Assembly: GCA_003215895.1 (NCBI GenBank)
Contig: QCJR01000004.1
Location: forward strand, 9,456 to 73,455
Direction of reading: 5' to 3'
DNA: 64,000 nt
From: Prochlorococcus sp. AG-409-D14
GTDB lineage: Bacteria; Cyanobacteriota; Cyanobacteriia; PCC-6307; Cyanobiaceae
The position numbers and the translations under genes were made by a program. Shown here one piece after another: positions 21,644 to 33,044 of this stretch. Under the pieces are notes generated by a model that did not search any database, had not been told where the DNA came from, and saw only the letters and a program-made list of their open reading frames with translations. Position 1 is the stretch's first letter. Each line of letters begins with the position of its first letter.

Positions 21644-22304
21644 ACAATAAAGACTCTGCAATAACCAGATCAAACGGGGTTGTCACTTTAATATTTGAAG
21701 GTCCTGCATCATATATTTTTACTGGGAATCCCAAACGTTCAAATAAGGATGCATCATCGGTTACTTTCCATCCTTTAGCGATTGCTTCACTATGCGCATG
21801 CTTCAATTTATTCACTGGAAAGCCTTGGGGTGTCTGTGCAGCCCATAAATCTGAGCGAGGAGGACTCTCAATAATCTCACCATCTTTATCAACCTTTTTT
21901 ATGGTGTCAGTCACTTGTGAAGCAGCAATCACAGATTGTCCCTTGGAAACAATCTTTGAGATTTCATCAAAAACGAGTGATCTCACCAAGCATCTTGCTC
22001 CATCATGAATCAGTACAGACTCAGCATCAAATGGAAGGGCAGCTAATCCAAGTTGGACTGACTGCTGTCTTGTAGACCCTCCATTGATCCATTGCACTGA
22101 CTTTACTGAGTTATCAAGAATTGAACAAATGTTTTCTCTGTCTTTGGGTTGTCCAATAATTCCAATCCAAGAAATTGTTTTGGCATCGAAAGCTGCTTTC
22201 AAAGTCCACTCTAAAACCGTTTTACCTGCAACCTTCAAAAGGAGCTTATTTCTATCAGCACCCATTCGACTTCCACTTCCTGCAGCCGCAATTAACAAAT
22301 GCAA
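21627..22304 (-). CDS. ispD: 2-C-methyl-D-erythritol 4-phosphate cytidylyltransferase
   Basis: AAAGSG.RM, GG.TRQ.SV, IHDGAR, QTPQ, TDDA, NIKVTTP.DL. Confidence 0.96.
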   Translation of the reverse strand: MHLLIAAAGSGSRMGADRNKLLLKVAGKTVLEWTLKAAFDAKTISWIGIIGQPKDRENICSILDNSVKSVQWINGGSTRQQSVQLGLAALPFDAESVLIHDGARCLVRSLVFDEISKIVSKGQSVIAASQVTDTIKKVDKDGEIIESPPRSDLWAAQTPQGFPVNKLKHAHSEAIAKGWKVTDDASLFERLGFPVKIYDAGPSNIKVTTPFDLVIAESLLSTLKD

Positions 22305-22464
22305 AACTGATCCCTCTCTATTGATTATTCATTTAATATATTCGACCAGTAAAAATAACTATTTTTAGTATCTCATCTTAAAGTCTTTTCAAAAAGCAAG
22401 TGGCTCAATAGTAAGTTAAATGAACTAAGTATTAGATTTTAACGATTTTTAAAATCATAAAATT

Positions 22465-23217
22465 ATGACATTCTCAAAATTACTTGAAGGTCAGACTGCA
22501 ATTGTAACTGGAGCCAGTAGGGGTATTGGTAAAGCTATTGCAATTTTTTTAGCAAAGGAAGGAGCAGAAGTAATCATCAATTATTCTTCATCTTTGGAGA
22601 ATGCAAATAAAGTGGTATCAGAAATAAACTCCTTTGGTGGTAAGGCGTATGCTCTTCAAGCTGATATTTCTAATGAAAACTCGGTTAATGAATTAATAAA
22701 AACAGTATTGGAGAAAAATAATAAGATTGATGTTCTGGTCAATAACGCAGGGATAACCAAAGATGGTCTTTTAATGAGAATGAAAACGGACGACTGGCAA
22801 AAAGTTTTAGACCTTAACTTGAGTGGTGTTTTTTATTGCACAAGAGCTGTTTCTAGGCAGATGTTGAAGCAAAAAAAAGGAAGAATTATCAATATAACTT
22901 CTGTAGTTGGGTTGATGGGCAACCCAGGGCAAGCAAATTATTCTGCCGCCAAGGCAGGCGTAGTAGGACTTACACAAAGCGCTGCAAAAGAATTTGCAAG
23001 TAGAGGAATTACTGTAAATGCAGTTGCTCCTGGTTTTATATCAACTGATATGACAAAAGATCTAAACAGTGAATCAATCCTTTCTGCTATCCCGCTTGGA
23101 CGATTCGGAAATCCAGAGGATGTTGCAGGAGCAGTGAGATTTTTAGCCGCAGACCCTTCCGCTGCTTATATAACCGGTCAGACAATTCAAGTTGATGGTG
23201 GGATGGTTATGAGTTGA
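22465..23217 (+). CDS. fabG: 3-oxoacyl-ACP reductase
   Basis: VTGASRGIG, NNAGITKD.LL.RM, GQANYSAAK, APGFI.TDM. Confidence 0.95.
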   Translation: MTFSKLLEGQTAIVTGASRGIGKAIAIFLAKEGAEVIINYSSSLENANKVVSEINSFGGKAYALQADISNENSVNELIKTVLEKNNKIDVLVNNAGITKDGLLMRMKTDDWQKVLDLNLSGVFYCTRAVSRQMLKQKKGRIINITSVVGLMGNPGQANYSAAKAGVVGLTQSAAKEFASRGITVNAVAPGFISTDMTKDLNSESILSAIPLGRFGNPEDVAGAVRFLAADPSAAYITGQTIQVDGGMVMS

Positions 23218-23224
23218 GAAGATA

Positions 23225-23401
23225 TCAATTTTGAATGGGCTGGCCCAATTCATCTCTCAATCTTCTAATTCTCTGCAAAAGTTTTAATCTTCTGCTTCTA
23301 GCCGTAGCTGTAAGAAATATCCTCAAAGGGAAATAAATCAATGTCATAGTCCCGGCCAACCCAGCCATTAGAATAAAAAATAAAGCCCCAGGATCGTTCA
23401 T
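23225..23401 (-). CDS. Small membrane protein, 58 aa (missed by the ORF track)
   Basis: Translated by hand: MNDPGALFFILMAGLAGTMTLIYFPLRIFLTATARSRRLKLLQRIRRLRDELGQPIQN; TM helix plus basic amphipathic helix; fills the fabG-groEL gap. Confidence 0.75.
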   Translation of the reverse strand: MNDPGALFFILMAGLAGTMTLIYFPLRIFLTATARSRRLKLLQRIRRLRDELGQPIQN

Positions 23402-23453
23402 ACGTTGACACTAACTACATTCTGCAAAAATTGGGAATAATTTGTGAATTACA

Positions 23454-23469
23454 ATTCGGCTTTCCCCAC
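23454..23469 (+). promoter_or_regulatory. Possible K-box upstream of groEL
   Basis: ATTCGG-CTTT-CCCCAC versus the cyanobacterial K-box consensus GTTCGG-NNAN-CCNNAC (recalled); no CIRCE seen. Confidence 0.4.
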
Positions 23470-23529
23470 TTATTTAGCCTCCCCTAATGTGTGTTTCCTG
23501 TGGGAGATTAAGTTTAATTCAATCCAAAT

Positions 23530-25221
23530 ATGGCAAAAATTCTAAGTTTTTCAGACGAATCTCGTGGTGCTCTTGAAAAAGGAGTAAACAATCTAGCCAA
23601 TGCTTTAAAAGTCACAATTGGACCTAAGGGTAGAAATGTTGTTATTGAAAAAAAATTTGGAGCACCAGATATAGTTAACGATGGAGTAACTATTGCTAAG
23701 GAGATAGACCTTGAAGATCCATTTGAAAATATAGGAGCGAAGCTGATTGAACAGGTTGCATCTAAAACTAAGGAAAAAGCTGGTGATGGAACAACTACTG
23801 CAACAGTTTTAGCTCAATTCATGGTTCAAGAAGGGTTAAGGAATACAGCTGCAGGCGCCAGCCCAATCGAATTAAGAAGAGGAATGGAAAAGGCTGTAGC
23901 TCTTATAGTTGATGATCTAAAGAAAAAAAGCAAATCAGTCAGTGGTGATGCCATTAAACAAGTTGCGACAGTAAGTGCTGGTGGAGATGAGGAAATAGGT
24001 TTAATGATTGCAGATGCAATAGACAAGGTAAGTTTTGATGGAGTAATAACAGTTGAAGAATCCAAATCTCTCGCCACAGAATTAGACATTACTGAGGGAA
24101 TGGCATTTGACAGGGGGTATAGCTCTCCATATTTTGTTACCGATGAAGATCGATTAATTTGTGAATTTGAAAATCCTTCAATATTAATTACTGACAAAAA
24201 AATTTCATCGATTGCGGATCTCATTCCTGTTCTAGAAACAGTTCAAAAGAATGGAACACCATTAATAATTCTTGCCGAAGAAGTAGAGGGTGAAGCATTA
24301 GCAACATTAGTAGTAAATAAAAATCGTGGTGTTTTACAGGTAGCAGCTGTTAGGGCTCCATCATTTGGGGAGAGACGAAAAGCTGCTCTTGGAGACATTG
24401 CAGTACTAACTGGCGGCACATTAATAAGCGAAGACAAAGCAATGAGTCTTGAGAAAGTTCAAATTTCCGACTTGGGACAAGCTAGAAGAGTAACAATTAC
24501 AAAAGATAGTACAACTATTGTCGCAAATGAAAATCAAAACACCGAACTATTTAATCGCATTGCCTCAATCAAGAGAGAACTTGACGAAACAGATTCTGAT
24601 TATGATAGGGAGAAGTTAAACGAAAGAATCGCTAAGCTTGCAGGCGGTGTAGCTGTAATTAAAGTTGGGGCTCCAACTGAAACTGAGTTGAAGAACAGAA
24701 AGCTCAGAATTGAGGACGCTCTCAATGCAACTCGCGCTGCTATTGAAGAAGGTATTGTTGCTGGTGGCGGAACCACTCTCCTAGAACTTAGTGATGGACT
24801 GGAAGATTTATCCAATAAGCTTAAAGGTGATCAAAGGACTGGAGTTGAAATCATAAAAAGAGCATTGACTGCTCCAACAAAACAGATTGCTATAAATGCC
24901 GGATTTAATGGAGATGTTGTTGTATCAGATATCAAGAGGTTAGGTAAAGGCTTCAATGCTCAAACTGGAGAGTATGTGGATTTACTTGAAGCAGGAATCT
25001 TAGACGCTTCAAAAGTAATCAGACTTGCTCTTCAAGATGCTGTATCAATTGCCTCACTTCTCATAACAACTGAAGTTGTTATTGCTGATAAACCTGAGCC
25101 CCCAACTGCACCTGGAGCTGAAGGCGCAGACCCAATGGGAGGTATGGGTGGCATGGGCGGTATGGGCGGTATGGGCGGTATGGGCGGTATGGGCGGTATG
25201 GGTATGCCAGGAATGATGTAA
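23530..25221 (+). CDS. groEL: Chaperonin GroEL (monocistronic groEL2 paralogue, no adjacent groES)
   Basis: [38 protein letters not shown] tail. Confidence 0.97.
   Translation: MAKILSFSDESRGALEKGVNNLANALKVTIGPKGRNVVIEKKFGAPDIVNDGVTIAKEIDLEDPFENIGAKLIEQVASKTKEKAGDGTTTATVLAQFMVQEGLRNTAAGASPIELRRGMEKAVALIVDDLKKKSKSVSGDAIKQVATVSAGGDEEIGLMIADAIDKVSFDGVITVEESKSLATELDITEGMAFDRGYSSPYFVTDEDRLICEFENPSILITDKKISSIADLIPVLETVQKNGTPLIILAEEVEGEALATLVVNKNRGVLQVAAVRAPSFGERRKAALGDIAVLTGGTLISEDKAMSLEKVQISDLGQARRVTITKDSTTIVANENQNTELFNRIASIKRELDETDSDYDREKLNERIAKLAGGVAVIKVGAPTETELKNRKLRIEDALNATRAAIEEGIVAGGGTTLLELSDGLEDLSNKLKGDQRTGVEIIKRALTAPTKQIAINAGFNGDVVVSDIKRLGKGFNAQTGEYVDLLEAGILDASKVIRLALQDAVSIASLLITTEVVIADKPEPPTAPGAEGADPMGGMGGMGGMGGMGGMGGMGGMGMPGMM
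25135..25206 (+). repeat. 9-bp tandem repeat encoding the GroEL (GGM)n tail
   Basis: About 7 units of ATGGGNGGY, several being identical ATGGGCGGT. Confidence 0.9.
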
Positions 25222-25289
25222 GTAAGTAAGTAAATAGATCTAAATTCTCAAACCAAAGAAAAATAGATATTAATAAGAACATTTAAAAC

Positions 25290-25763
25290 TTACTTTCTTA
25301 ATAGCCACTTCTTGAGATAACTATATTTAGGCTTAGGAGGTAGAGGAATTAAAGCCTTAATTTCAGCAAGACTTTTATTGTCTATGACTGAATTTATAGC
25401 TTTTTTTTCATTATTTTCTTTATCAACTATTTTATAGGATTTAATTTTAGAGTCTTGAAGATTCTCCTCCATAATTGACTCTAACTCTTTATTTTTTATT
25501 TCTTTTTCTTGATTATCCTCGACTTTTATAAAAACTGCTTTATCACCCTCGAAATTTTTTTCTTGTGATTGATCATTTTTTTGATGATCTACATTAGTTG
25601 AGCTTTGGTTTAAGTCATTTAAATCTAGATTTTTCAATTCTTCCAAACTTTCTACGCCAAAACGATGAGCCCATTGGGCTTTTAGAAGAGAATATAAATC
25701 ATTATCATTGTTTTTTAAAGCGTTTATAATTTGTTTTTGTAGCTGATACTTTCGAGACTCCAA
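25290..25763 (-). CDS. Hypothetical protein
   Basis: 157-aa ORF; folded-looking ends (LKAQWAHRFG; PLPPKP.Y..L.KWL) around a low-complexity K/E/N linker. Confidence 0.65.
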   Translation of the reverse strand: MESRKYQLQKQIINALKNNDNDLYSLLKAQWAHRFGVESLEELKNLDLNDLNQSSTNVDHQKNDQSQEKNFEGDKAVFIKVEDNQEKEIKNKELESIMEENLQDSKIKSYKIVDKENNEKKAINSVIDNKSLAEIKALIPLPPKPKYSYLKKWLLRK

Positions 25764-25791
25764 GGTTCTTTAAATCGCTAAATTAAGATTA

Positions 25792-26646
25792 TCAAGCAAG
25801 TTTGCGATTTAAAAGAGGTCTGATAAGAAAAAACAATCCAACTGTAAGAATCAACAGAATTGCTAAACAAGAATATCCATTTACTTCTCCATAAGGAGCA
25901 TTAATTAAAACTGCGTTCAGATCTACAGAATTTTGGTAAGCCATTCGTATAGGTTCAATAGCAAATGTTAATGGATTAATTGATGCTATCCATCCAAGCC
26001 ATTCAGGCATAAAAGATATGGGGGCTAGAGCTGTGCTAGCAAAAAGGACAGGTAAATTAGCTATGAAGATAATTGCAATTAGTTCTATATGTCCTGGTAA
26101 AACAAAAGCTAATCCAAGACTTAAACCAGTTATTGCGAAAACCAACAATAAGAGAGTTATTGCTATGAGAAAAAGACCTCCCAGGCTTGGCAATCCATAA
26201 CCCAAGAGAGCAGAAGTTGCCATTATTGCAAAACTCTGCAAAAGGCTAATAGAAGTTATATAGATTACTGAAGAGATTACGATTGAACTTCTACTACTCA
26301 ATGGTGCAACTAGTAGTCGATTAAGAAACCCAAATTCCCTATCAAACATCAAAGGGAGTCCAGCATTAAGAGCACCACTAAAAGCAGTAAAGACTATTAA
26401 CCCTGCGCCAAGGAATTCTCCATAGCTACTACCTCCAGGCAAGAAATCAATGGGGGCTTTAGAAAATAATGCTGCAAAAAGCAAAAGCCATATCAAAGGC
26501 TGAAGAATTCCTGCAAATAGTGTTGAAGGTCGACGAATTAATTGAATAAAAAGCCTCCAAGTTAAGGCAGAAGTCTCCTGCAACATTTCATTCAAATCAT
26601 TTCTAGATTGCTTTTCCTTTTGAAGTGATGGGTTAGTAGTAATCAT
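25792..26646 (-). CDS. ABC-2 type exporter permease
   Basis: FDREFGFLNRLLVAP, MP.WL..IA..NPLT.A; six TM segments; downstream of its ATPase. Confidence 0.9.
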   Translation of the reverse strand: MITTNPSLQKEKQSRNDLNEMLQETSALTWRLFIQLIRRPSTLFAGILQPLIWLLLFAALFSKAPIDFLPGGSSYGEFLGAGLIVFTAFSGALNAGLPLMFDREFGFLNRLLVAPLSSRSSIVISSVIYITSISLLQSFAIMATSALLGYGLPSLGGLFLIAITLLLLVFAITGLSLGLAFVLPGHIELIAIIFIANLPVLFASTALAPISFMPEWLGWIASINPLTFAIEPIRMAYQNSVDLNAVLINAPYGEVNGYSCLAILLILTVGLFFLIRPLLNRKLA

Positions 26647-26677
26647 GTGTTTAATAATTTAAGCGTAATACAAGCAG

Positions 26678-27691
26678 TTAACGCATTGAATTCTTATTCT
26701 CAAGCTTAAAATCTCTTTTACCAGCAAGTTCTAATTCAGCATCCATAAGAGTTTTGCCAGTCGCCTGCAAATAAACATCATCTAAACTTGGCCGACTATG
26801 AGAAAGTGCAAAAACTTCAAAATTTTCTTTTGAAAGATGACCAGATAATTTTGAGAGGACATCATTGTTCTGAACTAAAAAGTTTAGGGAGTAACCTTGC
26901 TGTTGATTCACAACTACATTTGATACACCATTGATGTTTTTAATTAATTTCCTTACAGATTCAGCCTCTACTTCATTACTGAACTCTCTAACTCTAAGTG
27001 TCACTCTGTCTCCCCCAAGTTCTTTTTTTAAATCATCTGGTTTTCCACTAGCAATGACTTTGCCTTTATCAATAATAGCCATCTCATCTGCCAATTCATC
27101 TACTTCCTCGAGATAATGACTACTTAAAAGAATTGTAGTTTCATTGTTCCTTAGTTCCTTCAATAATCCCCAAATTACTGATCTGCTTTCTATGTCCAAT
27201 CCAACAGTAGGTTCATCAAGAATCAATAATTCTGGTTCATGCAACAATCCTGAAGCCAGGTCAAGTCTTCTTTTCATACCACCGGAAAAGGAACCACATC
27301 TTCTATCAATCCATTCATGCATTTCAAGTCTCTGAATCAATTCTTCAATTCTCTTTTTCTTATATTTTTTATCTAGATGATAAAGATCTCCTTGAAGCTG
27401 TAGTAACTCTCTACCTGTAAGTATTTTATCGATTGCGACATCTTGAGCTACATAGCCCAATCTTCGCCTAGTTTCTTTCTCCTCAAGCAAGGCATTACGA
27501 CCAGCCACTTCAACATCACCAGAGTCAGGCTCAAGAAGAGTACAGATAATTCTAAGTGCCGTGCTTTTGCCGGCCCCATTTGGCCCTAACAACCCATACA
27601 AAGAACCTTTTGGCACTTCAAGGTTAAGTCCATTTAGGGCCTTAACAGGGCCATAAGATTTAAATAAATCTCTTAATTGGATGAAAAACAT
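26678..27691 (-). CDS. ABC exporter ATP-binding protein (DrrA-like)
   Basis: GPNGAGKS, FSGGMKRR, LDEPT, C-terminal PSLDDVYL. Confidence 0.92.
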   Translation of the reverse strand: MFFIQLRDLFKSYGPVKALNGLNLEVPKGSLYGLLGPNGAGKSTALRIICTLLEPDSGDVEVAGRNALLEEKETRRRLGYVAQDVAIDKILTGRELLQLQGDLYHLDKKYKKKRIEELIQRLEMHEWIDRRCGSFSGGMKRRLDLASGLLHEPELLILDEPTVGLDIESRSVIWGLLKELRNNETTILLSSHYLEEVDELADEMAIIDKGKVIASGKPDDLKKELGGDRVTLRVREFSNEVEAESVRKLIKNINGVSNVVVNQQQGYSLNFLVQNNDVLSKLSGHLSKENFEVFALSHSRPSLDDVYLQATGKTLMDAELELAGKRDFKLENKNSMR

Positions 27692-27792
27692 CTAGAAATA
27701 GATTGCCTAAAAAGATAAACGGATATCTTCTAACAAATTCTAATTAATATTGGAGAGTAAGGTCATAAAGTTTTTATTTTTATTTTATAGAC

Positions 27793-28788
27793 TTAAGAAA
27801 ATCCAATAGAGAAGTCTTTTATCAAAGCTATCAGCTGATCATTAAACAAAATTGAAACTTGTAATCTACTAATAACAAGCAAAAAACAAACCCCAAACAT
27901 ATAAAGAATAGACCACCTAAACAAACCCTTAGCAAGATCTAAATCCTCTGGATTATTTCTTAATCTGGTAACCAATTGAAGAAGTCTTGAATTATAAGGT
28001 AGTAATAACATTCCATATAACAAACCTCCTTCAGGTAAAACAAAGCATCCTAAAAAACTTAAAAGTACTGTTAAATATCCATAGACAGATATAGCTTTAG
28101 CTGTAACAAGAGCACCACTTACCGTTGGAAGCATAGGTATCCCAACAGATCTATAGTCCTCTTTCAACAATATGGCCAAGGCCCAAAAATGTGCAGGAGT
28201 CCAAACCATTACCAAAGAAAATAGCCACCAACCACCTAATCCAATATGTCCGGCTGCAGCAGAAGCTCCCACCAAAGGAGGAATTGCTCCAGCGACTCCT
28301 CCAAAAACTATATTTTGAGATGTTCTTGGTTTTAAGAAAGCTGTATACAGGAGTACATAACTACAAAGGCCTAAGAGAGTAAGTCCTGCTGCTAAACAGT
28401 TAACTCCGCTTACTAAAAGGACTGAAGCAGCAAGCGTACAAGCAATTGCTCCAATAAAAACAGAAGACTGAGAAAGGCGACCAGAAGGCAATGCTCTATT
28501 ACTTGTGCGTTTCATTTGCTTATCAAGATCTTGTTCCCACAAGCAATTAAGAGCGCCTGCTGCTGCTGCTGCAAGAGCTCCTCCACCTAAAGTGCATACC
28601 AATTTAGGAGACGATAATGGCCATTCCTCCGAAAGGGCCATTCCACCAACAGTCGTAGCTAATAAAAGAGGTATTAATCTTGGCTTAGCGACCTCTAACC
28701 AAGCCGGTAATTTAATACGCTTTCTAGAAGGAACGACTTCCTCACGATTAAAAGGCTTTGAAATTAAATCGGATGTTGAGCTAACCAT
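27793..28788 (-). CDS. ctaB: Protoheme IX farnesyltransferase (heme o synthase)
   Basis: [25 protein letters not shown]...GIPMLP. Confidence 0.95.
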   Translation of the reverse strand: MVSSTSDLISKPFNREEVVPSRKRIKLPAWLEVAKPRLIPLLLATTVGGMALSEEWPLSSPKLVCTLGGGALAAAAAGALNCLWEQDLDKQMKRTSNRALPSGRLSQSSVFIGAIACTLAASVLLVSGVNCLAAGLTLLGLCSYVLLYTAFLKPRTSQNIVFGGVAGAIPPLVGASAAAGHIGLGGWWLFSLVMVWTPAHFWALAILLKEDYRSVGIPMLPTVSGALVTAKAISVYGYLTVLLSFLGCFVLPEGGLLYGMLLLPYNSRLLQLVTRLRNNPEDLDLAKGLFRWSILYMFGVCFLLVISRLQVSILFNDQLIALIKDFSIGFS

Positions 28789-29707
28789 GACATGTCTCCA
28801 AAGTTGATTGATTTACAAGGAGTGATTGAGAAGAATCATCAATTCCTCTACCTTTAAAATTCAATGCTGATATCACGGCCACCAACAAACATGCAATTAG
28901 TTGATGGCCAATGATAAGACTAGGTTCACTCATCCCTAGTTGAATTGAAAAGACTCCTAAAAAGATTTGTGAGATGATCAAAAAAATAATCGTCAAAAAA
29001 TAGGGCCATTGATTGACAAAAACATCTTTACGAAAAGATGAAACAACTACGAATAAAATCACCAAAAGGCTCACAGGGATAGCACTTGTCCGATGAAGTC
29101 CTAAAAGATTGCAAGAATCTCCAAAATCCAAGCATCTGCGAGCAGCCCAAGAGGTTGCCACCCTACTACCTAGTAAAGACTGAGCTATTACTAAAAAAAG
29201 AGATAAGAGTCCAAAAGAACGAAGCCAAATTGGAAAAATTGATTTACCAGGATTAAGTAATTGTTGAGTAACACCACTCATGATTGCAACGAGAGTCAAT
29301 GCAACTGCAAGATGAGCAATTACAACTAAGGATGGCAATAATTGCATCACTGTCAAAGCTCCTAAAAAACCTTGAAAAGCGACCAATAGAGTTAAAAATC
29401 CATAGGTCCAAGGTAGCCATTTAGGTAAAGATTTTGCCCAGTGCAAAGAAAAGGCAAATTGAATAATTAAAACAATCCCTACAAAGAAGGCATCTAAGCG
29501 ATGAAACCATTCTAAGAAGACTTGTAAATTCATTTGCCTACCAGGCAAAAATGATCCATAACACAGAGGCCAGTCTGGACAAGCGAGACCAGCCTCCATC
29601 ACTCTGGTCGCTCCACCAATCACTACGAGAGTAATAAGCGCAACTACCACGTGAGCAGCAAGCATGCCCAATCTATTGCGTGGTTTTGGTGGATAAATAA
29701 CCTGCAC
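28781..29707 (-). CDS. ctaA: Heme A synthase (CtaA/COX15)
   Basis: GGATR...[22 protein letters not shown]. Confidence 0.93.
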   Translation of the reverse strand: MQVIYPPKPRNRLGMLAAHVVVALITLVVIGGATRVMEAGLACPDWPLCYGSFLPGRQMNLQVFLEWFHRLDAFFVGIVLIIQFAFSLHWAKSLPKWLPWTYGFLTLLVAFQGFLGALTVMQLLPSLVVIAHLAVALTLVAIMSGVTQQLLNPGKSIFPIWLRSFGLLSLFLVIAQSLLGSRVATSWAARRCLDFGDSCNLLGLHRTSAIPVSLLVILFVVVSSFRKDVFVNQWPYFLTIIFLIISQIFLGVFSIQLGMSEPSLIIGHQLIACLLVAVISALNFKGRGIDDSSQSLLVNQSTLETCHG

Positions 29708-29890
29708 GGATACAAAAATCCATCAAGACATTGTTAAATCAACTTAGCTATTACTTCGTGCACGTCACCTGAATAAACGGACTGCAACATAAAGATTCTC
29801 TTTAAAAAAAAATTATTCATCTTGAATTAACAATTAGCCGATACATTAGTTACTTTTGCCCATAACCTATAAATAGAAAAGGAGATCTTC

Positions 29891-30703
29891 TTGCCGAAAC
29901 TGTCGGCCATCTTAACTCTTACATCAAGTTTAATTCTTGGCATAGGTGGAGTTTGGATTGCATATAACATCGATATGCTTCCCGTAAGCGCGAGTATGAA
30001 TGCTCCCGTTTATGATGAACTATATCGAGTCCTATTCATTATTGGCTGCATACTTTTCATAGGTATGACTGCTTTAGTAATTTATAGTCTTATTCAATTC
30101 CGCCGTAGGCCTGGAGATACTGGCGATGGAATTAACTTAGAAGGTAATATTTCTCTAGAAATTTTCTGGACGGCAGTTCCTGCAGTTGTTGTTTTGTTTG
30201 TAGGATTATATAGCTACGATATTTATGATCGAATGGGTGGAATGCAACCTTTAATGCATGATCATAATGGGCAAATGGATAACCAGGTCGAGAGAGTTTG
30301 GGGGGGTATTGGTTCTGGACCAATTGAGTCTTCATCTACAAAAAACCTATCCTCATTACCAATTGAGTTAACTGCAATGCAATTTGCCTTTATCTTTCAT
30401 TATCCAAAAGGAGATATTATTTCTGGCGAACTTCATGTTCCAGTTGGGAGAGAAGTTAGTTTAAAAATGGAATCTAAAGATGTAATACATGCTTTTTGGG
30501 TACCTCAATTCAGACTTAAACAAGATGTCATTCCAGGTCAACCAACAGTTTTAAATTTTACTCCTACAAAAGCAGGTAATTTCCCAATTGTTTGCGCAGA
30601 ATTGTGTGGCCCTTATCATGGTGGAATGAGATCAAACGTAATTGTTGATGAACAGGAAGACTTTGATATTTGGTTAAAAGAAAACTCTAAAGAATCAATA
30701 TAA
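29891..30703 (+). CDS. ctaC: Cytochrome c oxidase subunit II
   Basis: DVIHAFWVP, CAELCGPYHGGM CuA motif, LEIFWT. Confidence 0.96.
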   Translation: MPKLSAILTLTSSLILGIGGVWIAYNIDMLPVSASMNAPVYDELYRVLFIIGCILFIGMTALVIYSLIQFRRRPGDTGDGINLEGNISLEIFWTAVPAVVVLFVGLYSYDIYDRMGGMQPLMHDHNGQMDNQVERVWGGIGSGPIESSSTKNLSSLPIELTAMQFAFIFHYPKGDIISGELHVPVGREVSLKMESKDVIHAFWVPQFRLKQDVIPGQPTVLNFTPTKAGNFPIVCAELCGPYHGGMRSNVIVDEQEDFDIWLKENSKESI

Positions 30704-30706
30704 ATT

Positions 30707-32347
30707 ATGACTATTTCACTCAAGCCAAGTAACCCGACTCCAAAAAAGCTTCAACCAACTGGATGGCTCAAATATCTGAGTTTTAGTCTCGATCACAAAA
30801 TCATAGGTCTGCAATATTTAGTTTGTGGTTTCTTGTTTTATTTAATTGGAGGATCTTTAGCTGGAGCTATAAGGGTTGAGCTCATCAGTCCCCTCTCAGA
30901 TTTCATGCCTAGAGAGGTGTATAACCAAGTTTTAACTCTCCACGGCACAATCATGATTTTCTTGTGGATTGTGCCTGTGGTAAATGGTGCCTTCGGCAAC
31001 TATTTAATACCTTTTTATGTGGGTGCCAGGGACATGGCCTTCCCAAGATTGAATGCAGTTGCTTTTTGGCTAATACCTCCGTCTGGGTTGATGCTAATAA
31101 CAAGCTATTTCATAAACGGAGCCGCACAATCTGGGTGGACGGCTTATCCACCTTTAAGCATTACCACTCCAGCCGCCGGTCAAATTATTTGGATATTAAG
31201 TGTATTACTTTTGGGTGGAAGCTCAATCTTTGGTGGTATAAATTTCATCGCCACCATCCTCAAGTTAAGGAGACCTGGCCTCAAATTAATGCAATTACCT
31301 ATGTATTGTTGGGCAATGCTTGGTACAAGTATTCTTGTCGTTCTATCCACTCCTGTTCTAGCTGGTACTCTAATACTTTTAAGCTTCGACATAGTTGCTC
31401 ATACGGGTTTCTTCAATCCTAGTCTTGGTGGGAATGTAATTGTTTATCAACATCTTTTTTGGTTTTACTCACATCCTGCTGTTTACATAATGGTCTTGCC
31501 TGCCTTTGGTTTAGTTAGTGAAATACTTCCAATCCATAGTAGAAAACCACTTTTTGGTTATACAACAATGGTCTTCTCAATTATGGGAATAGTTGTTTTA
31601 GGTCTGGTTGTTTGGGCTCATCATATGTTTACAAGTGGTACTCCTCCATGGATGAGACTATTTTTTACTATCGCTACTGCATTCATAGCTGTTCCCACAG
31701 GGATTAAATTCTTTAATTGGGTTGCGACCTTATGGGGTGGAAAAATATCACTTAATGCTGCAATGTTATTTTCCTGCGGATTCATTATTAACTTTGTTTT
31801 AGGTGGAATAACGGGAGTAGCCCTTGCTCAAGTACCTTTTGATGTTCATGTACACGACACCTATTTTGTTGTTGCCCATTTTCATTACATAGTCTATGGA
31901 GGTTCGGTCTTTGTTATTTTCTCCTCGATTTATCACTGGTTCCCAAAATTTACTGGAAAAATGCTCAATGAAAATCTTGGAAGATTCCACTTCATAATTA
32001 CTTTTATAGGCTTTAATCTTTGTTTCGCTCCTCAACACTGGCTGGGTTTAAATGGAATGCCCAGACGAGTTGCCGAATACGATCCGCAATTTCAATTAAT
32101 TAATCAAATAAGCAGTGTAGGTGCATTATTAATGGCTTTAAGTACTTTACCTTTTCTTTGGAATATTTTACAAAGCATCCTATATGGAGATAACTCTGGT
32201 GACAATCCATGGAATGCACTCACTCCAGAGTGGTTAACAAGTTCACCTCCTCCTGTTGAAAATTGGGAGGGAGAGGCTCCATTAGTTCTTGAACCATATG
32301 GTTATGGGGAAAAAGATTCAAATCAAACTCAGGAGAAAATTAAATGA
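30707..32347 (+). CDS. ctaD: Cytochrome c oxidase subunit I
   Basis: DHK.IG, HLFWFYSHPAVY, VWAHHMF, VVAHFHY, GMPRR. Confidence 0.98.
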   Translation: MTISLKPSNPTPKKLQPTGWLKYLSFSLDHKIIGLQYLVCGFLFYLIGGSLAGAIRVELISPLSDFMPREVYNQVLTLHGTIMIFLWIVPVVNGAFGNYLIPFYVGARDMAFPRLNAVAFWLIPPSGLMLITSYFINGAAQSGWTAYPPLSITTPAAGQIIWILSVLLLGGSSIFGGINFIATILKLRRPGLKLMQLPMYCWAMLGTSILVVLSTPVLAGTLILLSFDIVAHTGFFNPSLGGNVIVYQHLFWFYSHPAVYIMVLPAFGLVSEILPIHSRKPLFGYTTMVFSIMGIVVLGLVVWAHHMFTSGTPPWMRLFFTIATAFIAVPTGIKFFNWVATLWGGKISLNAAMLFSCGFIINFVLGGITGVALAQVPFDVHVHDTYFVVAHFHYIVYGGSVFVIFSSIYHWFPKFTGKMLNENLGRFHFIITFIGFNLCFAPQHWLGLNGMPRRVAEYDPQFQLINQISSVGALLMALSTLPFLWNILQSILYGDNSGDNPWNALTPEWLTSSPPPVENWEGEAPLVLEPYGYGEKDSNQTQEKIK

Positions 32348-32949
32348 CATCGATAGTTCCAAAAGAGCAATCCTCAGAGAGCAAGAAAGATCTCTCAACT
32401 GAAGAACATGAAGATTTTCGTTTATTTGGCTTAATAGCTTTTTTAATCGCAGACGGAATGACCTTTGCAGGTTTTTTTGCTGCATATCTAACTTTCAAAG
32501 CAGTCAACCCCATTGGTCCTGATGCTATCTACGAATTAGAGCTACCATTGCCGACTTTAAACACGGTCTTACTCCTAGTAAGTAGCTTTACTTTTCATCG
32601 AGCTGGGAAATTCCTAGAGGAGAATGAATCAAAACAATGCCAAAAATGGCTTCTTATAACAGGCGCATTGGGATTGGCATTTTTAATCAGCCAAATGTTT
32701 GAGTACTTTACTTTGCCTTTTGGATTAACTGACAATCTTTTTGCAAGTACTTTTTATGCATTAACTGGCTTTCATGGGCTTCACGTAACACTTGGATCAA
32801 TCATGATCATGATTATTTGGTGGCAAACACGTGTTCCATCTGGTCGAGTAAATAATGAAAACAAATTCCCATTTGAGGCAGTAGAGCTCTATTGGCACTT
32901 TGTAGACGGGATTTGGGTCGTATTATTCATCATCCTTTACCTGCTTTGA
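32344..32949 (+). CDS. ctaE: Cytochrome c oxidase subunit III
   Basis: TGFHGLHV, YWHFVD.IW. Confidence 0.96.
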   Translation: MTSIVPKEQSSESKKDLSTEEHEDFRLFGLIAFLIADGMTFAGFFAAYLTFKAVNPIGPDAIYELELPLPTLNTVLLLVSSFTFHRAGKFLEENESKQCQKWLLITGALGLAFLISQMFEYFTLPFGLTDNLFASTFYALTGFHGLHVTLGSIMIMIIWWQTRVPSGRVNNENKFPFEAVELYWHFVDGIWVVLFIILYLL

Positions 32950-33044
32950 GAAGCAAATATTGATACTAACCAACAAAATTTCAATTAATTTGTTGCCACA
33001 ATTCCACTTATTGGTCAGAATTATATTAATTAAAACAGTCTGAA

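Noticed and set aside
25219-25233. TAAGTAAGTAAGTAA after groEL (stops in all three frames)
   Set aside because: Short 4-bp microsatellite with no evidence of function
25079-25282. Minus-strand ORF with (PYR)n repeats; the repeat as a possible CRISPR or contingency locus
   Set aside because: It is only the antisense reading of the GroEL GGM tail; 9-bp in-frame units with no spacers
29840-29873. NtcA-like site GAT-N8-TAC upstream of ctaC
   Set aside because: Left half-site deviates from GTA and the spacing to the nearest -10-like hexamer does not fit
30964-31422. 152-aa Cys/Trp-rich alternative-frame ORF inside ctaD
   Set aside because: Fully nested in a highly conserved gene, no recognisable motif; expected frame-shift shadow of a hydrophobic protein
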